Shown one piece after another: positions 39,828-54,424 of a stretch of 64,000 nucleotides of DNA; the first letter of the stretch is position 1; each line of letters opens with the position of its first letter. The notes beneath the pieces were generated by a model. The model saw only the letters and a program-made list of their open reading frames with translations, had not been told where the DNA came from and did no database searches. The stretch is from Octopus vulgaris (taxonomy: Eukaryota): the NCBI GenBank assembly GCA_951406725.2, contig OX597823.1, positions 30,132,001-30,196,000 of the forward strand, written 5' to 3'. The position numbers were made by a program, and so were the translations under genes.

Positions 39828-40595
39828 CACTATTTAGTTTATTTCAAGAGTTCCAGCCAATAGAGAAAGAGCGGTTTCTAACTTAGATTCAAGGTTCCTT
39901 CAATAGAATTTCAACATCAACAACAGGGCATTTTTGCATGTATGAATGTATGCATGCATGTATGCGTGTATGTATGTATGTATGTATGTATGTATGTATG
40001 TATGTATGTATGTATGTATGTATGTATGTATGTGTGTATGTATGTATGTATGTATGTATGTATGTATGTATGTATGTATGTGTGCAGATTTGTATGTTTT
40101 GTTTTATGTGTGTATTCTCATGCATAAACTTGCATATCTAGACATGTTCATATATATTTAAATGATAAACTTCCGGAAAGTTTTACAGATTTTTACAGTT
40201 CCAGTGATGGATTGGATCTGTAGTCTTCGAATTAGCTTTCTCCCTTCTGGTTTTGAGAAGCCGAATTTCTCAATATTGGTATTTAGGCAGTGTGTTACAC
40301 ATCCCAAGGCCCCAATACCACAAGTATAAACCTGAACTTGTATTCTGGATAGAGTAACTGCAGACTTCTCAATAGTTCAGCATAGGTATTCTCTTATGTA
40401 TCGATCTGCAGCTTCATGTTAAACATTCGCTGAGCAACTAATTTCCACAACTGTGCACAGTTTCTCTTCTCTATCCCAAATCATTGTATCAGGTCTGTTG
40501 CGCTTACATTTTATTGAGGCATTCACTGGTACATTCCACCAGTATTCCTTTTTATTGAGTGACTATGGCTTCTACCATATTGTGGGTTTATATTT
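39828..40595 (-). mobile_element. RLE-clade (R4-like) retrotransposon 3' fragment: restriction-like endonuclease and 3' UTR
   Basis: Minus KEYWWNVPV..KRNRPDTMIWDREEKLCTVVEISC...ENTYAELL...GALG...QSITGTVKICKTFRKFII* with frameshifts (stop 40158-60). The 3' UTR contains and ends in (CATA)n. Confidence 0.82.
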
Positions 40596-40689
40596 CTTTG
40601 TGTTTAACTAGCTCCATATTCGTCGTACTTCTTTCTGTTTTTACTAGCTTTTTATTTTACATTATGTATATATGCGATGTGGGTATGTA

Positions 40690-40815
<126 letters not shown>

Positions 40816-40822
40816 TCTATCT

Positions 40823-40871
<49 letters not shown>

Positions 40872-40910
40872 ACCTACCTACCTATTTATCTATATATCTA
40901 TCTATCAATC

Positions 40911-40945
<35 letters not shown>

Positions 40946-41259
40946 AATAATAACATAAATAATACATATATATGCATATATGCATATATATACACACACT
41001 CACACGCACACATGCATATATGGGTACAGGACGTCACCAAACAGTAAACAACATGAAATACGAAAGCAAATGAGTTCAATACGCAAACAACGAGAGAAGC
41101 AAATGGAAAGCAGGATAAGTAACATAAAGAACGACCCTTCGTCAATTGTTGGCTGTCTGTCTACTACTCATTTCGAGCATTGAACGACAGATATCCTGTA
41201 CTCATATATGCATGTATATATAAATATATATGTAGGTATGTGCATATATGTATGTATAT

Positions 41260-41309
<50 letters not shown>

Positions 41310-41378
41310 CATGCATACACACACACACACACATATATATATACTGATATATATATATATATACTTATATATATATAT

Positions 41379-41459
<81 letters not shown>

Positions 41460-41849
41460 GATATGTTCACATAGCTGTTGAGAAATGCATACATTTGTAT
41501 ATACATATGTGTATGTGTTTATGTGTGTCTATGTGTATATCTGTACATGGCGGTGTGTATGTATGTGTGTGTGGGCGTTTATACATACATGTCTATGTAT
41601 TGTAGTGTTGTGTGAATCAAGTATTGTGTGACAGTTTATTTAGTTTTTTGAAAGCCAACAAATTTGAAATGATGGAGCCAAAAAAAAGACAACGCATTTT
41701 ACACTTCAATATGTATTTCTATATTTCGTTGTTGAGACACATTTTGGTCATGGAAGAGGAAGGATGATATGGAACTGCAATCCTTTATTTTAACATGCTG
41801 TGTGATCGACCAATTTTGTCAAAACTGCTTCGAGCAATTCTCGTCGATT

Positions 41850-42140
41850 CTTGATGGATGGGTCCAGTTTAATGAATGAGGATGGCTTCCGTGATCTTCA
41901 TATTATTTATGTTTCACCCTCTTGCCTCGAGAGTCATTTCTTAACGTGCGTTTGTTTGTATGGGTTCCTTGATGCGAATATGCAATTTTCGAATAATGAT
42001 CTCACTGTAGAAATTGCGCATTTATTGCAGGCTCTTTGGTGCTCTAAGTAGGTTCTCGAGCGCATAGCTAGATTGCTGATGAGACAGCTGGTCATTGTGC
42101 ACTTATCGTTACTGTCTGTTGGGAGATTATAAACAATGTA
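41850..42140 (-). mobile_element. Possible highly decayed Penelope GIY-YIG remnant
   Basis: Minus IVYNLP...MRSRTYLEHQ...KITEAILIH..DPSI loosely matches a PLE endonuclease layout. Confidence 0.35.
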
Positions 42141-43507
42141 ATAAATTGCGTTTAGTACGGTTATTTAAAAAAAAGGTTTATGGCTAACGTTTGCTCCATG
42201 TTTCTAGGCATTTCTACGAGTAAGATTTTCGTCGATGACGTTCAAAGTATCTACTGATATGGGTGCCTGTAACAAAACAGAAATGAATCTTTTATCCTAT
42301 TTCATATATGTTTTAAGTGTTTTCGAAGCGCATTAAGGTTTTGAGTTTTCTTTTAGCTTGTCATAGAATTCAGACAGAGATAGAGTATAAACATTTTTTG
42401 AATAATGCGAAATAGCTCACTTTTCAAAAGGTTAGAGAAAATTGTCTATTGATGAACGTCAATGACATTGAAATCCAAATATAAAACTGTTTTCCAGATT
42501 TTCTTCGTGTTTTCCATTGAAAAATGCAAACCAACTTTCATCATATGATAAAGCTGTCGCCAGACGTTTAAGACAGATTTACTTAAGGAATAGCAATATT
42601 TTTAGTGGACAGATTAAGTTGATGGTTAAATATTTTAAGAAGATGGTTGTTTGAAGGCTCAACCTAAATTGATTTAATAGTTTGAATATTTATCCACAAA
42701 GACAGGAAAGATTCACAATCTAAATAGATTACTCAAAGAAAATAGTAACAGAATATTTTATATTTTCATAATTAAAGTTTATACCTTGCAAGACTTTCCA
42801 ATTCTCAAATGAATTATGTTGGTGCTTTTATAAAAAAATAAAAGAAAATAAAAATTATAGAAAGCATAATAAAAATTATAATGATGGTAATAAAGATTAT
42901 TATATATATGTGAGTCGAAAAATAGGTGTGAAAGAAAAGAGGAAAGATAAAAGTGTCATAAATATTGGTAGAATTAAAAATAAAACCGCCATTCAATATA
43001 TGAAATTACACAAAATAAATTAAGTTAAAATTAAATATTAATGTAAGTCATGGTTTTATGGAAAGCAAGTGATTAAATGTAGAGGAGAGAGGTCAGTTAA
43101 ACAAATTATTTCGTTGAAAGAGCTACAAAATAGACAGTTAATTTCAAAACACATTGTTGTAACAAGAGTCTGGAAATTATCGAATATAGATGGTAAACAC
43201 GTTATTGAATATTGTATTGAATAATGATTATATTTCCTACTCCACCCACTTTTAACATAATAATAATAATAATTGTTTTTCTATCCATTCCGTTTTACTT
43301 TTTCTTCATGTGGGTTCGACTCTCACGCAGATAGGAAAACCTTCTTTTTTTCATTCGAGGGCTTATATGCCCCTTTATTAGACTATTTTCCTTAGTCATT
43401 GCAGGGTGATCACCATAAGCTTTAAGCTTATATAAAAATACCATTATTATTATTATTTACAGGATTGTAAACTCGGCGCCATATAAAAAAAAACATTCGC
43501 ACCGGAA

Positions 43508-43551
<44 letters not shown>

Positions 43552-43552
<1 letters not shown>

Positions 43553-44388
43553 TTAGGGAAGAAGCTGTGGGCTTGTTTGAAGGAAGGGAGGGGAGGGTCG
43601 GTTAGGGAAGATGTCCGAAGTGGAGCGATCGGACTGGAGAGTCGCCGGAAGGCTCGGAGAATGGTTCGTTGGAGAGGTAGGGTGGAGGGATTGTAGGTGA
43701 GAGGAAACGGGAGACGAGAGATGGGAGATGGCGGGGCGGGGACGGGGGCAGAGAACATATGCACGGTCCACGGAACGTGCTCTGGCAAGGGCGGTGTGGA
43801 TAGTGGTGAGGGGATATCCACGTAGTGGCGAGGCATGAGTTGAGACTGAGTCTCAAAGTTATGGTCGTCACTACAGAACCTGCGTAGACGGAGGAATAGG
43901 GAATGGAAAGCTTGGTGTGTTTATAGTGGGAGGAGAAGTTGAGCAATGAGTGTGAGTCTGTGTGTTTGTAGTGGATGGAGGTGGTGAGAGTGGAGTGATG
44001 AATGCTAACCGAAATGTCAAGAAAGGAGACAGAGGTGTCAGAGATAGTGCAGGAGAAGTGAAGAGCAGGATGGAAAGATTTGACAGAAGAGAGGAAGGAG
44101 TCTAGATGTTCGCGGGAGAGTAATGTCGCACCGATACAGACGTCAATATAACGACCGTATAATTCGGGAGTGGGACCAGTGAAACTTGAGAATATTTAGG
44201 CCTCAACGAAGTCAACGAAAAAGTTTGCATAGTTGGGGCCCAATCTCATTCCCATGGCCACTCCCAATCCTGCTGGTAAAAATCACCAGCGAACGAGAAG
44301 CAGTTGAATGAGAGGACAAGTTCGGTCAGACGAACGGGTGTGGACGTGTCAGGTTGGGGATTGGGTCGAAGGTCAAGGAAATGGAGTC
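43552..44388 (-). mobile_element. Penelope-like reverse transcriptase fragment, decayed
   Basis: Minus ELVLSFNCFSFAGDFYQQ/GVAMGMRLGPNYANFF..RYIDVCIG..FHPALHFS..VSFLDISV..YKHTDSHS..HTKLSIPYS: PLE RT core and thumb. Confidence 0.88.
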
Positions 44389-45501
44389 AAAATATTGAAA
44401 TATTTATAAAGCCGTCAAAAGCTTGTTTATTTTTATGTTTTTTTGGTTTATTATTGGTGTTGCTTAATATGCTTTGATAAACTTGCTGTTTCTTTTCAGG
44501 TATCATCAGAAAAAGGTAACTAAATGACAGATCTATCGCACTTTCAAAGAGGTCAAATTGTTGGTACTTGAATGGCAGGCGCTAGCGTAACGAAAACAGC
44601 CGAAATGTTTGGTCTATCAAGAAGGACTGTCTCCAAAGTAATGACAGCCTTTGAGAAAGAGGGAAAAACCTCGTCGAAACAAAACTCCGGAAGAAAACCA
44701 AAACTTTCAGATAGGGACCGTCGGACTCTTATGCGAATTTTTAGAAAGGATCACAAAAGTACAACTCCCAAAAGTACTGCAGAGCTTAATGATCACCTCG
44801 AGAACCCAGTTTCCATAAAAACTGTTCGCCGGGAGCTGCACAAAGCCGGATTTCACGGGAGGGCAGCAATTAGAAAACCACTACTTTCAAAAACAAACGT
44901 TGCAAAGCGTTTAGAAGTAAAAACTTACAGAATTGGTCCTTAGAGCAGTGGAAGAATGATTTTTTCTCGGGTGAGTCATCCTTTACCTTATTTCCGACCG
45001 CCGGCTGAGTATACGTTTGGAGACAGCCAAAAGAAGCATTTGACCCAGACTGCCTTCTCCCAACTGTTAAACGTGGCGGAGGATCTGTGATGATCTGGAG
45101 AGCTATAACTTGGAAATCCGCCGTCCCAGTGGGAAACGCAATCTTTCAGGATGATAATGCACCAATTCACACAGCTAACGTTGTTGCTGAATTGCACGAG
45201 GAACATTCTAGTGAAGTTGAACATCTTATCTGGATACCTCTGTCCCCAGATCTCAATATTATTGAATATTTATGGTACATTTAAAAAAAAAACAAGTAAG
45301 GAGTTGATATCTTCCACAATCATCACTACAAGAACTGGAGACTGGAGCTAAGAATGGACAAGACTTCCTTTGGAAACAAATCAATTCTATGAGTCCATAC
45401 CTCATAGAAGTCAAGCTGTAAGTACTGCCAAAGGCGGTCCTACCCCATATTAAAATAAATTTGTTTGAAATTTTAAGGTATTTCCATTATTTTGACCAAC
45501 C
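44389..45501 (+). mobile_element. Tc1-family transposon, decayed, left TIR missing
   Basis: MTDLSHFQRGQIVGT*MAGASVTKTAEMFG, SGRKPKLS, KPLLS, VKRGGGSVMIW, FQDDNAPIH, SPDLNIIE, GGPTPY* (about 44524-45452). Right TIR remnant TTTCCATTATTTTGACCAACC. Confidence 0.9.
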
Positions 45502-45778
45502 TAGGCTCGAAACGTTAAAGACGTTTCCACTTTCCGAACGTTAAACTAATACATTTGTTTGTTGTCTACACCACCTATCTTCGCCTTTTGATTTTTTTTG
45601 TGAATTCTGCCCCCTATATATAAATGGATCTTTCCTTCTCCTATGATTCCGACGAAGAGCTCCGCTACGAAACGTTAAACCCTCCTTCTTCCCTTCTTTC
45701 CTGAGCATCCAATAATATTATATTTGTTTCACGCCCTCGCGTTGTGTTTTTTTGTGTTTTCTTGTTTGGATTAACTTT
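45502..45778 (+). mobile_element. Family A fragment (starting in HHR loop II) followed by a related HHR element
   Basis: TAGGCTCGAAACGTTAAAGAC...; second unit tt-CCGACGA-a-GAGC-tcc-GCTAC-GAAA-cg-TT-aa. Confidence 0.7.
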
Positions 45779-45782
45779 ATAT

Positions 45783-45924
<142 letters not shown>

Positions 45925-46207
45925 GGAATAGAACAATGATGAATAGCAAGACGGGAGAAGTTGACGATCGATATCGTTACTTTGAGGCTCAGATGAAAAG
46001 AAAGAGTGAATTGTTATGGCGTTTCGGATATTTTCTTTCTTCGGAATATAGTGTAGACTGGATAAGAGAAGACAAGGAAAAACCGAGAAAATTTGAAGGA
46101 ACATTGTAGGCAAAGATACCTATATCCGCAGACACGCACCCCGCCCCCTACACGCTTTTATATACTTATATGTATATATGTATATATGTTTATATATATA
46201 TATGTGC

Positions 46208-46266
<59 letters not shown>

Positions 46267-46402
46267 TTTAGGTATGGTAGATATGTTCATCAAAAATTTA
46301 GATTCAGATGAATATGGTACTTAAGCTGAGGCATCAGAATTTCGTACGGTATTATCCATACAATTTCAAAATTTAATCACTTTATATATATGTGTGTGTG
46401 TA

Positions 46403-46475
<73 letters not shown>

Positions 46476-46507
46476 TTGATTTAAAGCAGCAGAAAATTCA
46501 ACAAAAC

Positions 46508-46545
46508 CTGTTACTCTGAGTTTCCCGTTGCCGTTCATCGGACAG
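46508..46545 (-). ncRNA. Minimal hammerhead motif (U4C core)
   Basis: Minus: ctgt-CCGATGA-aCG-gcaa-CGg-GAAA-CTC-a-GAG-TA-acag. Confidence 0.6.
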
Positions 46546-46587
46546 TTTTTGCTATGTGTTTATATATATATATATACATATATAGAT

Positions 46588-46728
<141 letters not shown>

Positions 46729-46874
46729 TAGATATAGATATACACATACTTTCACGCGGACAGTCTCTAGCATATATTATGACATATTTGAGCTTTCACT
46801 CCAAAGAAAATAATCAAAATGTCGTTCCTCTGTGTATGTGTGTGTGTATGTGTGTGTTGTGTGCGTGTGTGTGT

Positions 46875-46911
<37 letters not shown>

Positions 46912-48570
46912 TGTGTATGTGCATGTGTGTGTGTGTGTGTCTGTGTGTGTGTGTGTGATATGACCTCTCTAACATGCAGAGTATATCATTACTATGTCTG
47001 TCTGTGAGTCTTATTGTCTGATCTTCAGTATAATGTTACATCTCAGCTATTAAGATAAACACAGAACAGAACAATGCTACCACCACCACCACCACCACCT
47101 CTATTACTTCTACTAGTAATGCTGCTGCTGCTGCTGCCACCGCGGGTGTAACTCAGCAGAAAATATATCTTCATTAATGCTGACAATACCTTCTCCAACC
47201 TCTTCTCCCGACCCGATCACCACCACTGCTACCAACAGCCCCACCAAGATCGCCATTAACATCACCACCACCACCACCACAATCACCACTATCGCCACTA
47301 TCATCGCCGCCGCCACTAGCAGTATGACAAACATCAGCCTCAAGCGGAGCCCGCCCCGCCTTTACTATCCAATATCGTGACACCAATATCAACATCAACA
47401 TCACCACCACGCTGGTACCACACCCAATACCATCACCGCCTTATTTCCACTCTCGCCATCGTTGCTACCACTATCACTACGCCAACACCATCACCACTAC
47501 GCAAACCACCATCATTACCATCGCCCTTACCAACAACCCCGACATTGCCGCCCCCAACACCACCACTACCACTATCACCGTCGCTGTCATCACCATTGCC
47601 ACCGCCATCATCACCCTCACCACCGTCACAATCACCTGTACCACCAACGTCACTACCCTCATTGTCATTATCACAGGCATCTCCACCACCAACACCACCA
47701 ACAACAACGCCATCATCATCAGCAACACCAACAGCACCAACCTCATCACACACTACCAACGCCAAAACCAGTGAGACAACGTGATTGCTCGACTTGCTAA
47801 AAATATTAGCTAAAAATCTTCTTCAAACGTGACCCTAATGCCATGCATAAGTAGACAGAATGCACTTCAATAATGAAGTCCTACATACCCTTAGACAGAC
47901 AGGGTGATCATGGCTGGAATGTGTTTTCACTAGTATTAACCCAGGGCTAAACAACAATGTATATACGAAGCCATTATTACAGGAATACCACCGCCATCTT
48001 CTATACCACACCACCCTTGTCAGCACCAAAACTGTCTCGTTTTTTCTTCTTGTATTTTATTGGGTAACCCTGGAGATTGTTCTGAAGAAGACATTAAACG
48101 GTATGCTGTGGTGTTTATCCACTTTGGAAGTTCAGGAGTTTTGCGGAGTATGAAATTAACCCTTAATCCCCAATACTCCTAATTCCATTCTAGCTCGTTG
48201 TAGTAGTACCTGTCAAGGGCCCCTGTTATGGATAAAATATCGAAAGATGGTCCTATGGATTTCTAGAATTGAGTCATCGAAGCCATGAATCAAGCAGCAG
48301 AAAGTGGTCCTGTAGTTGAGGCAATATAGGGCTCGGGAGAAAGATTGCTTCTAGAGATGTGCCACAGAATCTATGAGCCAAACAGCGTAAGATGTTCTAT
48401 AGTTAAGGAATACATGATTCAAAGAAGGGCTGACTCCTGGACACCGCTGTGTGGGCATGAGTTGATGTCACGTGAACCGGTCCCCACTGCCAAAGGGTTA
48501 TGCGGGTCCTGTGCTTGATGGATAACAATACTTCCAGGTGCGCTTGCTTCTTCATAAAAAGAGGAGCTAA

Positions 48571-48772
48571 GTTTTAGCTGGAGAATGCTGAGGCACCACC
48601 AGAAATCGTAAAAAGGTGAGTTAAATTTTAGCTGGAAAATGCTGAGGTACTTCCAGAAATCGTAAAATGCTGGGGTAAAATTTAACTGAGAAATTCTGAG
48701 GCATCACCAGAAACCGTAACAAGGTGAGGTAAATTTTAGCTAGGAAATTCTAAGACACCTCCAGGAAATCGA
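48571..48772. repeat. 54-bp minisatellite, about 3.7 copies
   Basis: TARCTR anchors at 48575, 48629, 48683 and 48737. Confidence 0.85.
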
Positions 48773-50015
48773 TGGTATTCGGATCCTGGCTGTCGAAAAA
48801 GCACCTACTTAGGTATCAAAGTCGGCTCATGGTAGAGCAACGAGATAGAAGATTCAGTGAAGCATGTCACTGCGTATTGATATACAACGCTTCAGTAAAG
48901 TCCCGGCAGAAGTTTCGCTCTTTCCAGCAGAACAAATTATAAATGTAAAAGGCTACTTGCCAACATAATGTGGCTGTCCTGGAAGGGACGATTGTTATTG
49001 CTGTTTAGCCCCCCAGAAAGCAATCGGAAATCACAGCTTGGTCTCTGAAGAAAAATCATGAATCTTCAGATATTGGTATTGAGGTTCATAATTGCTGACA
49101 CTTCCTGACAGTGGGGGGAGGGAGAAAGAGAGAGAGAGAGAGAGAGAGATAGGATGACTGCAGGAAAGATATTATGTAGGGCGGATCACCAGCGTCTGGT
49201 GGCGGAAGAATTAGAACATAGAAGGTATGTGGTGGAGGGAGTATATCATAGAGGGAGTATGATCAGAGGGTGAGATAAGGGTGACTCGAGAGGGTCTGAG
49301 TGGAAAAAGAATGTGACCGACCAGTAAAAGTATACAAACAGCAGTGTCGTCATCGTCGCCATCATCATGATAGTCATCTTCATCGTCGACAACGTCGCCG
49401 TCGTCGTCGTTGTCATCGTTATCATTCATTATCACCATGATGATGGTGGTGGCGATGATGATGATGATGATGATGATGATAATGAAGATATCATTATCGT
49501 CGTCGTCTTACCTCCTCTTCCTCCTCTTTCACCTTCTCCACCTCCTCTTTCTCCTGCTGCTCCTGCTCCTCCTCTGCCACCGCATCATCACCACCACCAC
49601 CGCCACCACCATCCTCCCCCTCATCATTATCATCATCATCACAACACCATAAACAGAAGATAAAAATAAACGAAAAGCTCGTTAAAAGCGATGTAAATAT
49701 CCAGACTCCATAAATCTTCACTATCTCAACAGCAGCAGCAGCAGCAGCAGCAGTAACAACGGAATCATCATTATCAGTATATATGTAACCAGCGTTAGAA
49801 AAAAAAAAAACTAAACACTGGTGCCACCATAATCGACATCACCTTCAGTAAAGTACGCCTACGCCAGTAGTATACAACACCTTGCAATGTATGTGTGCAC
49901 GCGCCTGTCTCTGTATGCATATATAATATATATATACATATATATATATTTACATATATATATATATATATGTCTATATATATATATGCATATATATATA
50001 TCTGCATATATGTAT

Positions 50016-50065
<50 letters not shown>

Positions 50066-50197
50066 TTTATATATATATATATATATATGTATGTCTATAT
50101 ATATATATACATATGTATATATATATATATATATGCATATATATGTCTGTATATATATGCATATATATGTCTATTTATATATATATATGTATATATA

Positions 50198-50232
<35 letters not shown>

Positions 50233-50350
50233 CATATGTATGTCTATATATATATATACATATGTATATATATATATATATATGCATATATATGTCTGTA
50301 TATATATGCATATATATGTCTATTTATATATATATATGTATATATATATA

Positions 50351-50406
<56 letters not shown>

Positions 50407-50536
50407 ATATATATATATTTGTGTATACGTTCTTACATACATATCTAGGTGCATGAGTACGAGAGTAACATGACCAGATAAAGCGGGAGAATTCAGCATT
50501 AAGCTCAGTACATATATATATCTATATATATATCTA

Positions 50537-50607
<71 letters not shown>

Positions 50608-51214
50608 CAAACTTACTTAGAAATGGATGCGTGCGTTCTGTCGTGCAATAACAAATATATAAGAGGAAACTACTGTCTTTTCTGACCTTGCTTCACCCGA
50701 GTGTAGACGGCATTTTCTGTGGCTCCTTCGCCGTTCTCAAAAATAGCGTTCGTAATATTTTATCTCGTTCGGCTTAACAGCCCTTCTTGTCTGTGTTACT
50801 GTTATTCTCCTTGTCCTGTCTTTTACTGTTTATATTTTGTACTGTCGTTACCGTCCTGTTTTTGTTACCATTTTTACCCCTCTGCAAAGAAATCGCAAAT
50901 TTTATTTAATTTGCTTTTCACGGGAAGGAATGTTTCAGTCGAAGTCACGTCTCACCTTCACCTTCGGAACGCGGAGTAGATGAAACCATAGCGACTGAAG
51001 AAGGGGAATTTTCCTTGTGTTATTTGTCCTGTATTCTATTTTTTCGTTGTTTAAGAAAAATGTCCTGTTCCTTGGTTTTGTGTTTATGTTTTCGTTTTTC
51101 ATTGTGTTCGACGTTTTTTGGTGTCCTGTACCCATATATGCATGTATATATACATGTAGATGTAGGTAGTACATATATGTATGTATATATGCATATGTTT
51201 TATTTATTAATTTG

Positions 51215-51273
<59 letters not shown>

Positions 51274-52036
51274 AATTAAATGGAGACAAGAAGTGGAACG
51301 AACCGACGAATCGAAACGAACCCGACGCGAGGCGCTGTCAGACAATAATGTAATAAATAAAAATATATGCATACATACAAACATATATGTACGTACCTAC
51401 ATCTACATGTATATATACATGCATATATAAATAAATATACGTAAGTACAGGACACCACAACAAGACGTAGAAACGGGAAAAACAAAAATTTACAACAAGA
51501 AAACACGTACAGGACAAGCTACACAAGGAAACAAGAAAATAAGTACAGGACATGCTACACAAGGAAAAATCCACCGTCATCAGCTGTCGCTAGTTAACTC
51601 GAGCGTGTTTCGAAGGCAAGACAGGACACATCGTCGACAGGCCTTCCTGCGAGAGAATTAAAATAAAATTCCAAGCAGCGGGGTAAAGCGGGTAAGAACA
51701 CAAACAGGACGTAACAATACAACTGCACAATAAAATACTAGAGTATTTTTAGAAAATACTCTAGTAAACACGGTTATAGAGCGAGCATACAGAGCTAAGC
51801 ATTGGCAAAAATATACATTTAGTGCATATAAGTGGTCTCTATCATTATATATAATTTAAACTTTAATTTCCTTTATATTTAACATTCACTATTAATATCC
51901 TTATTCTTTCTGTTAGCTACTTATGACGTTATATCATATAACGTTTTTTTAAACAATAGTAATAGCGTTCTGTCTATCGCTATACAAATCCGTCATTTTT
52001 TGCTAAAATGTCTTATTGATGAGTTTCGTTTTTTTA

Positions 52037-52122
52037 ACTTTCCTGAGGAGAAGATTGCATTGTTTATACCATTTATTCTTTTGAATAGTATCAGTGGAAT
52101 TTTCGAAACATGTGTCGAAAGT
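52037..52122 (+). ncRNA. Type I hammerhead ribozyme with canonical core and GUC cleavage triplet
   Basis: ACTTTC-CTGAGGA-GAAGATT...AATTTTC-GAAA-catgtG-TC-GAAAGT. Perfect 6-bp stem I and 7-bp stem II. Confidence 0.75.
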
Positions 52123-52312
52123 AAAAATACTTGATTACACCTGCGTTAACTCCATTTTTTATTCATATTATTCAAAATATTCAACGTAAACACGAAGTTT
52201 CTACCTTTATAAACAAGGAGTTACAACACCTTTACTTGTGAGATTTTTGCTGCCCTGGTAACTATTTATTTATTTTTCCGTGTTAATTGTTAACAAGGTA
52301 AAAATACACTCA

Positions 52313-52355
<43 letters not shown>

Positions 52356-52891
52356 CAAACAAATTGTCTGCTTCTGAATTGAAATGTAAGTGGCTGAGTA
52401 TTCCACAGATACGTACACCATTAGTGTAATTTTAAGGCAGTGTTAGCGTGACATACTGTGTGTTCAGGCAGTATTTTTTAATTATATATAAAACCGGAGG
52501 GATTCTTTACAGTTTCCGACTCTCCATCTTTATTTAATTTTTTGGCTCATTATTTGTTTTTTTAAATATAGCCTCCACTCAAGAATATATTTTTGACCAA
52601 GATACCGTGTTATGCGATCAAACTCGTATCGGCATAATTACGAAGCGAATTTCTTACCTTTTCTGCCACCCTGTGCCTATACACACACACACAAATATAC
52701 ACACACACGCATATGCATAATTAAATGTATACATACACACACATATAAACATAAACATGCATATAACTTCATATTTAGATATAGATACACACACATATAT
52801 ATGTATATATATATATATTGTATATATATATATATTCCTACGTATATATATATATGTCTCTCTCTCCTCTCTCTGTATGATATGTATATAC

Positions 52892-52938
<47 letters not shown>

Positions 52939-53096
52939 TACATACATACATACACATATATATATATATGCATATATACATACTTACCTACATGCATACA
53001 TACATACCTACATGCATGCATACTTACATACCTACCTACATACATACATACATACCGACATGCATACATACATACCTACATGCATACATACATACA

Positions 53097-53127
<31 letters not shown>

Positions 53128-54209
53128 CTACATACCTACATACATACATGCATACAAACATACATAAATACATACATACATACTTACATACATGCATACA
53201 TACATGCATACCTACATACATACATACGTAAATACATATATACATACATACCTACATACTTACATACATACCTACATACATACATACCTACATGTATACA
53301 TACATACGTACCTACATACATACATACCTACCTACATAATACATACATACATACATACTAACATGCATACATACATACCTACATGCCTACATACATACAT
53401 ACATACATACATACATACATACATACATACATACATACATTCATACATACATGTATATATACATACATATATACATACATACATGTCCAATCCTATAGAT
53501 TAAGGCTAAATTTACCAACGAGGGAGCCGAGGCTCTTTTCCCGGTTTTATCTTACTTCGGTTTGCTGATATTCGTGAGAATGCTCAGAATGTCAAACCAT
53601 TCTATTACTCTGGTTCCCTCCTGCCTTTACTTAACATAAACCAAGGGTCAAGTGTCTATGAAAGGAATCCCAATGTTCTGAAATCCTAATTAGAATTCTT
53701 TTTATAAGTTCATTATGAAATATTATCTGGAGTTGTTGACATTTTTTGTGCAGTATATAAGGGAGTTAATGGTTTGGTCGAATCTACTCTCTTCTTTCTC
53801 ATACAAACAACCCCTTAATTGTTAAGGCCATCGTATCTGGTCGCAGGTACAACGTTGTTCTCATTTCTGTTTCCAATTACCTTCTTAAACCCCTTTCGTT
53901 ATCACATTCCTCTTAATCGCCTCTCTCTCTCTCTCTTTCTCTACCTTTCTTTCTCTCTTTCTTTCACTTTGTCTCTCTCTCTCTCTCTCTCGCTGTCTCC
54001 CTCTCTTTCTTACTATGCTGGGCACGAACTTTTCAACTCATCAACCGAAAAACATCATTTAGTTATTGATAACAATGTCAGGAACCTTATTCTAAAATAA
54101 CTACTACTGCGCCCCCACACACACAAGCACGCACAGACAAAATACACACGCGCGCGCACATGTCGATCTTTCCGCACCACAATGTGTATAAATATGTGTG
54201 TGTTTATAA

Positions 54210-54243
<34 letters not shown>

Positions 54244-54388
54244 CGATAAACACGCACATCAGACACATGTATATTAGTGTGTACATACATACATATATAC
54301 ATACATACATACATACATACATACATACATACATACATACATACATACATACATACAGACAGACAGACAGACAGACAGGCAGACAGGC

Positions 54389-54424
<36 letters not shown>

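Noticed and set aside
47080-47800. Pro/Thr-rich ORFs
   Set aside because: Same low-complexity CAC/CAT tract; no coding evidence.
48571-48772. CRISPR-like array
   Set aside because: Contiguous tandem units without unique spacers, eukaryotic context, no cas genes.
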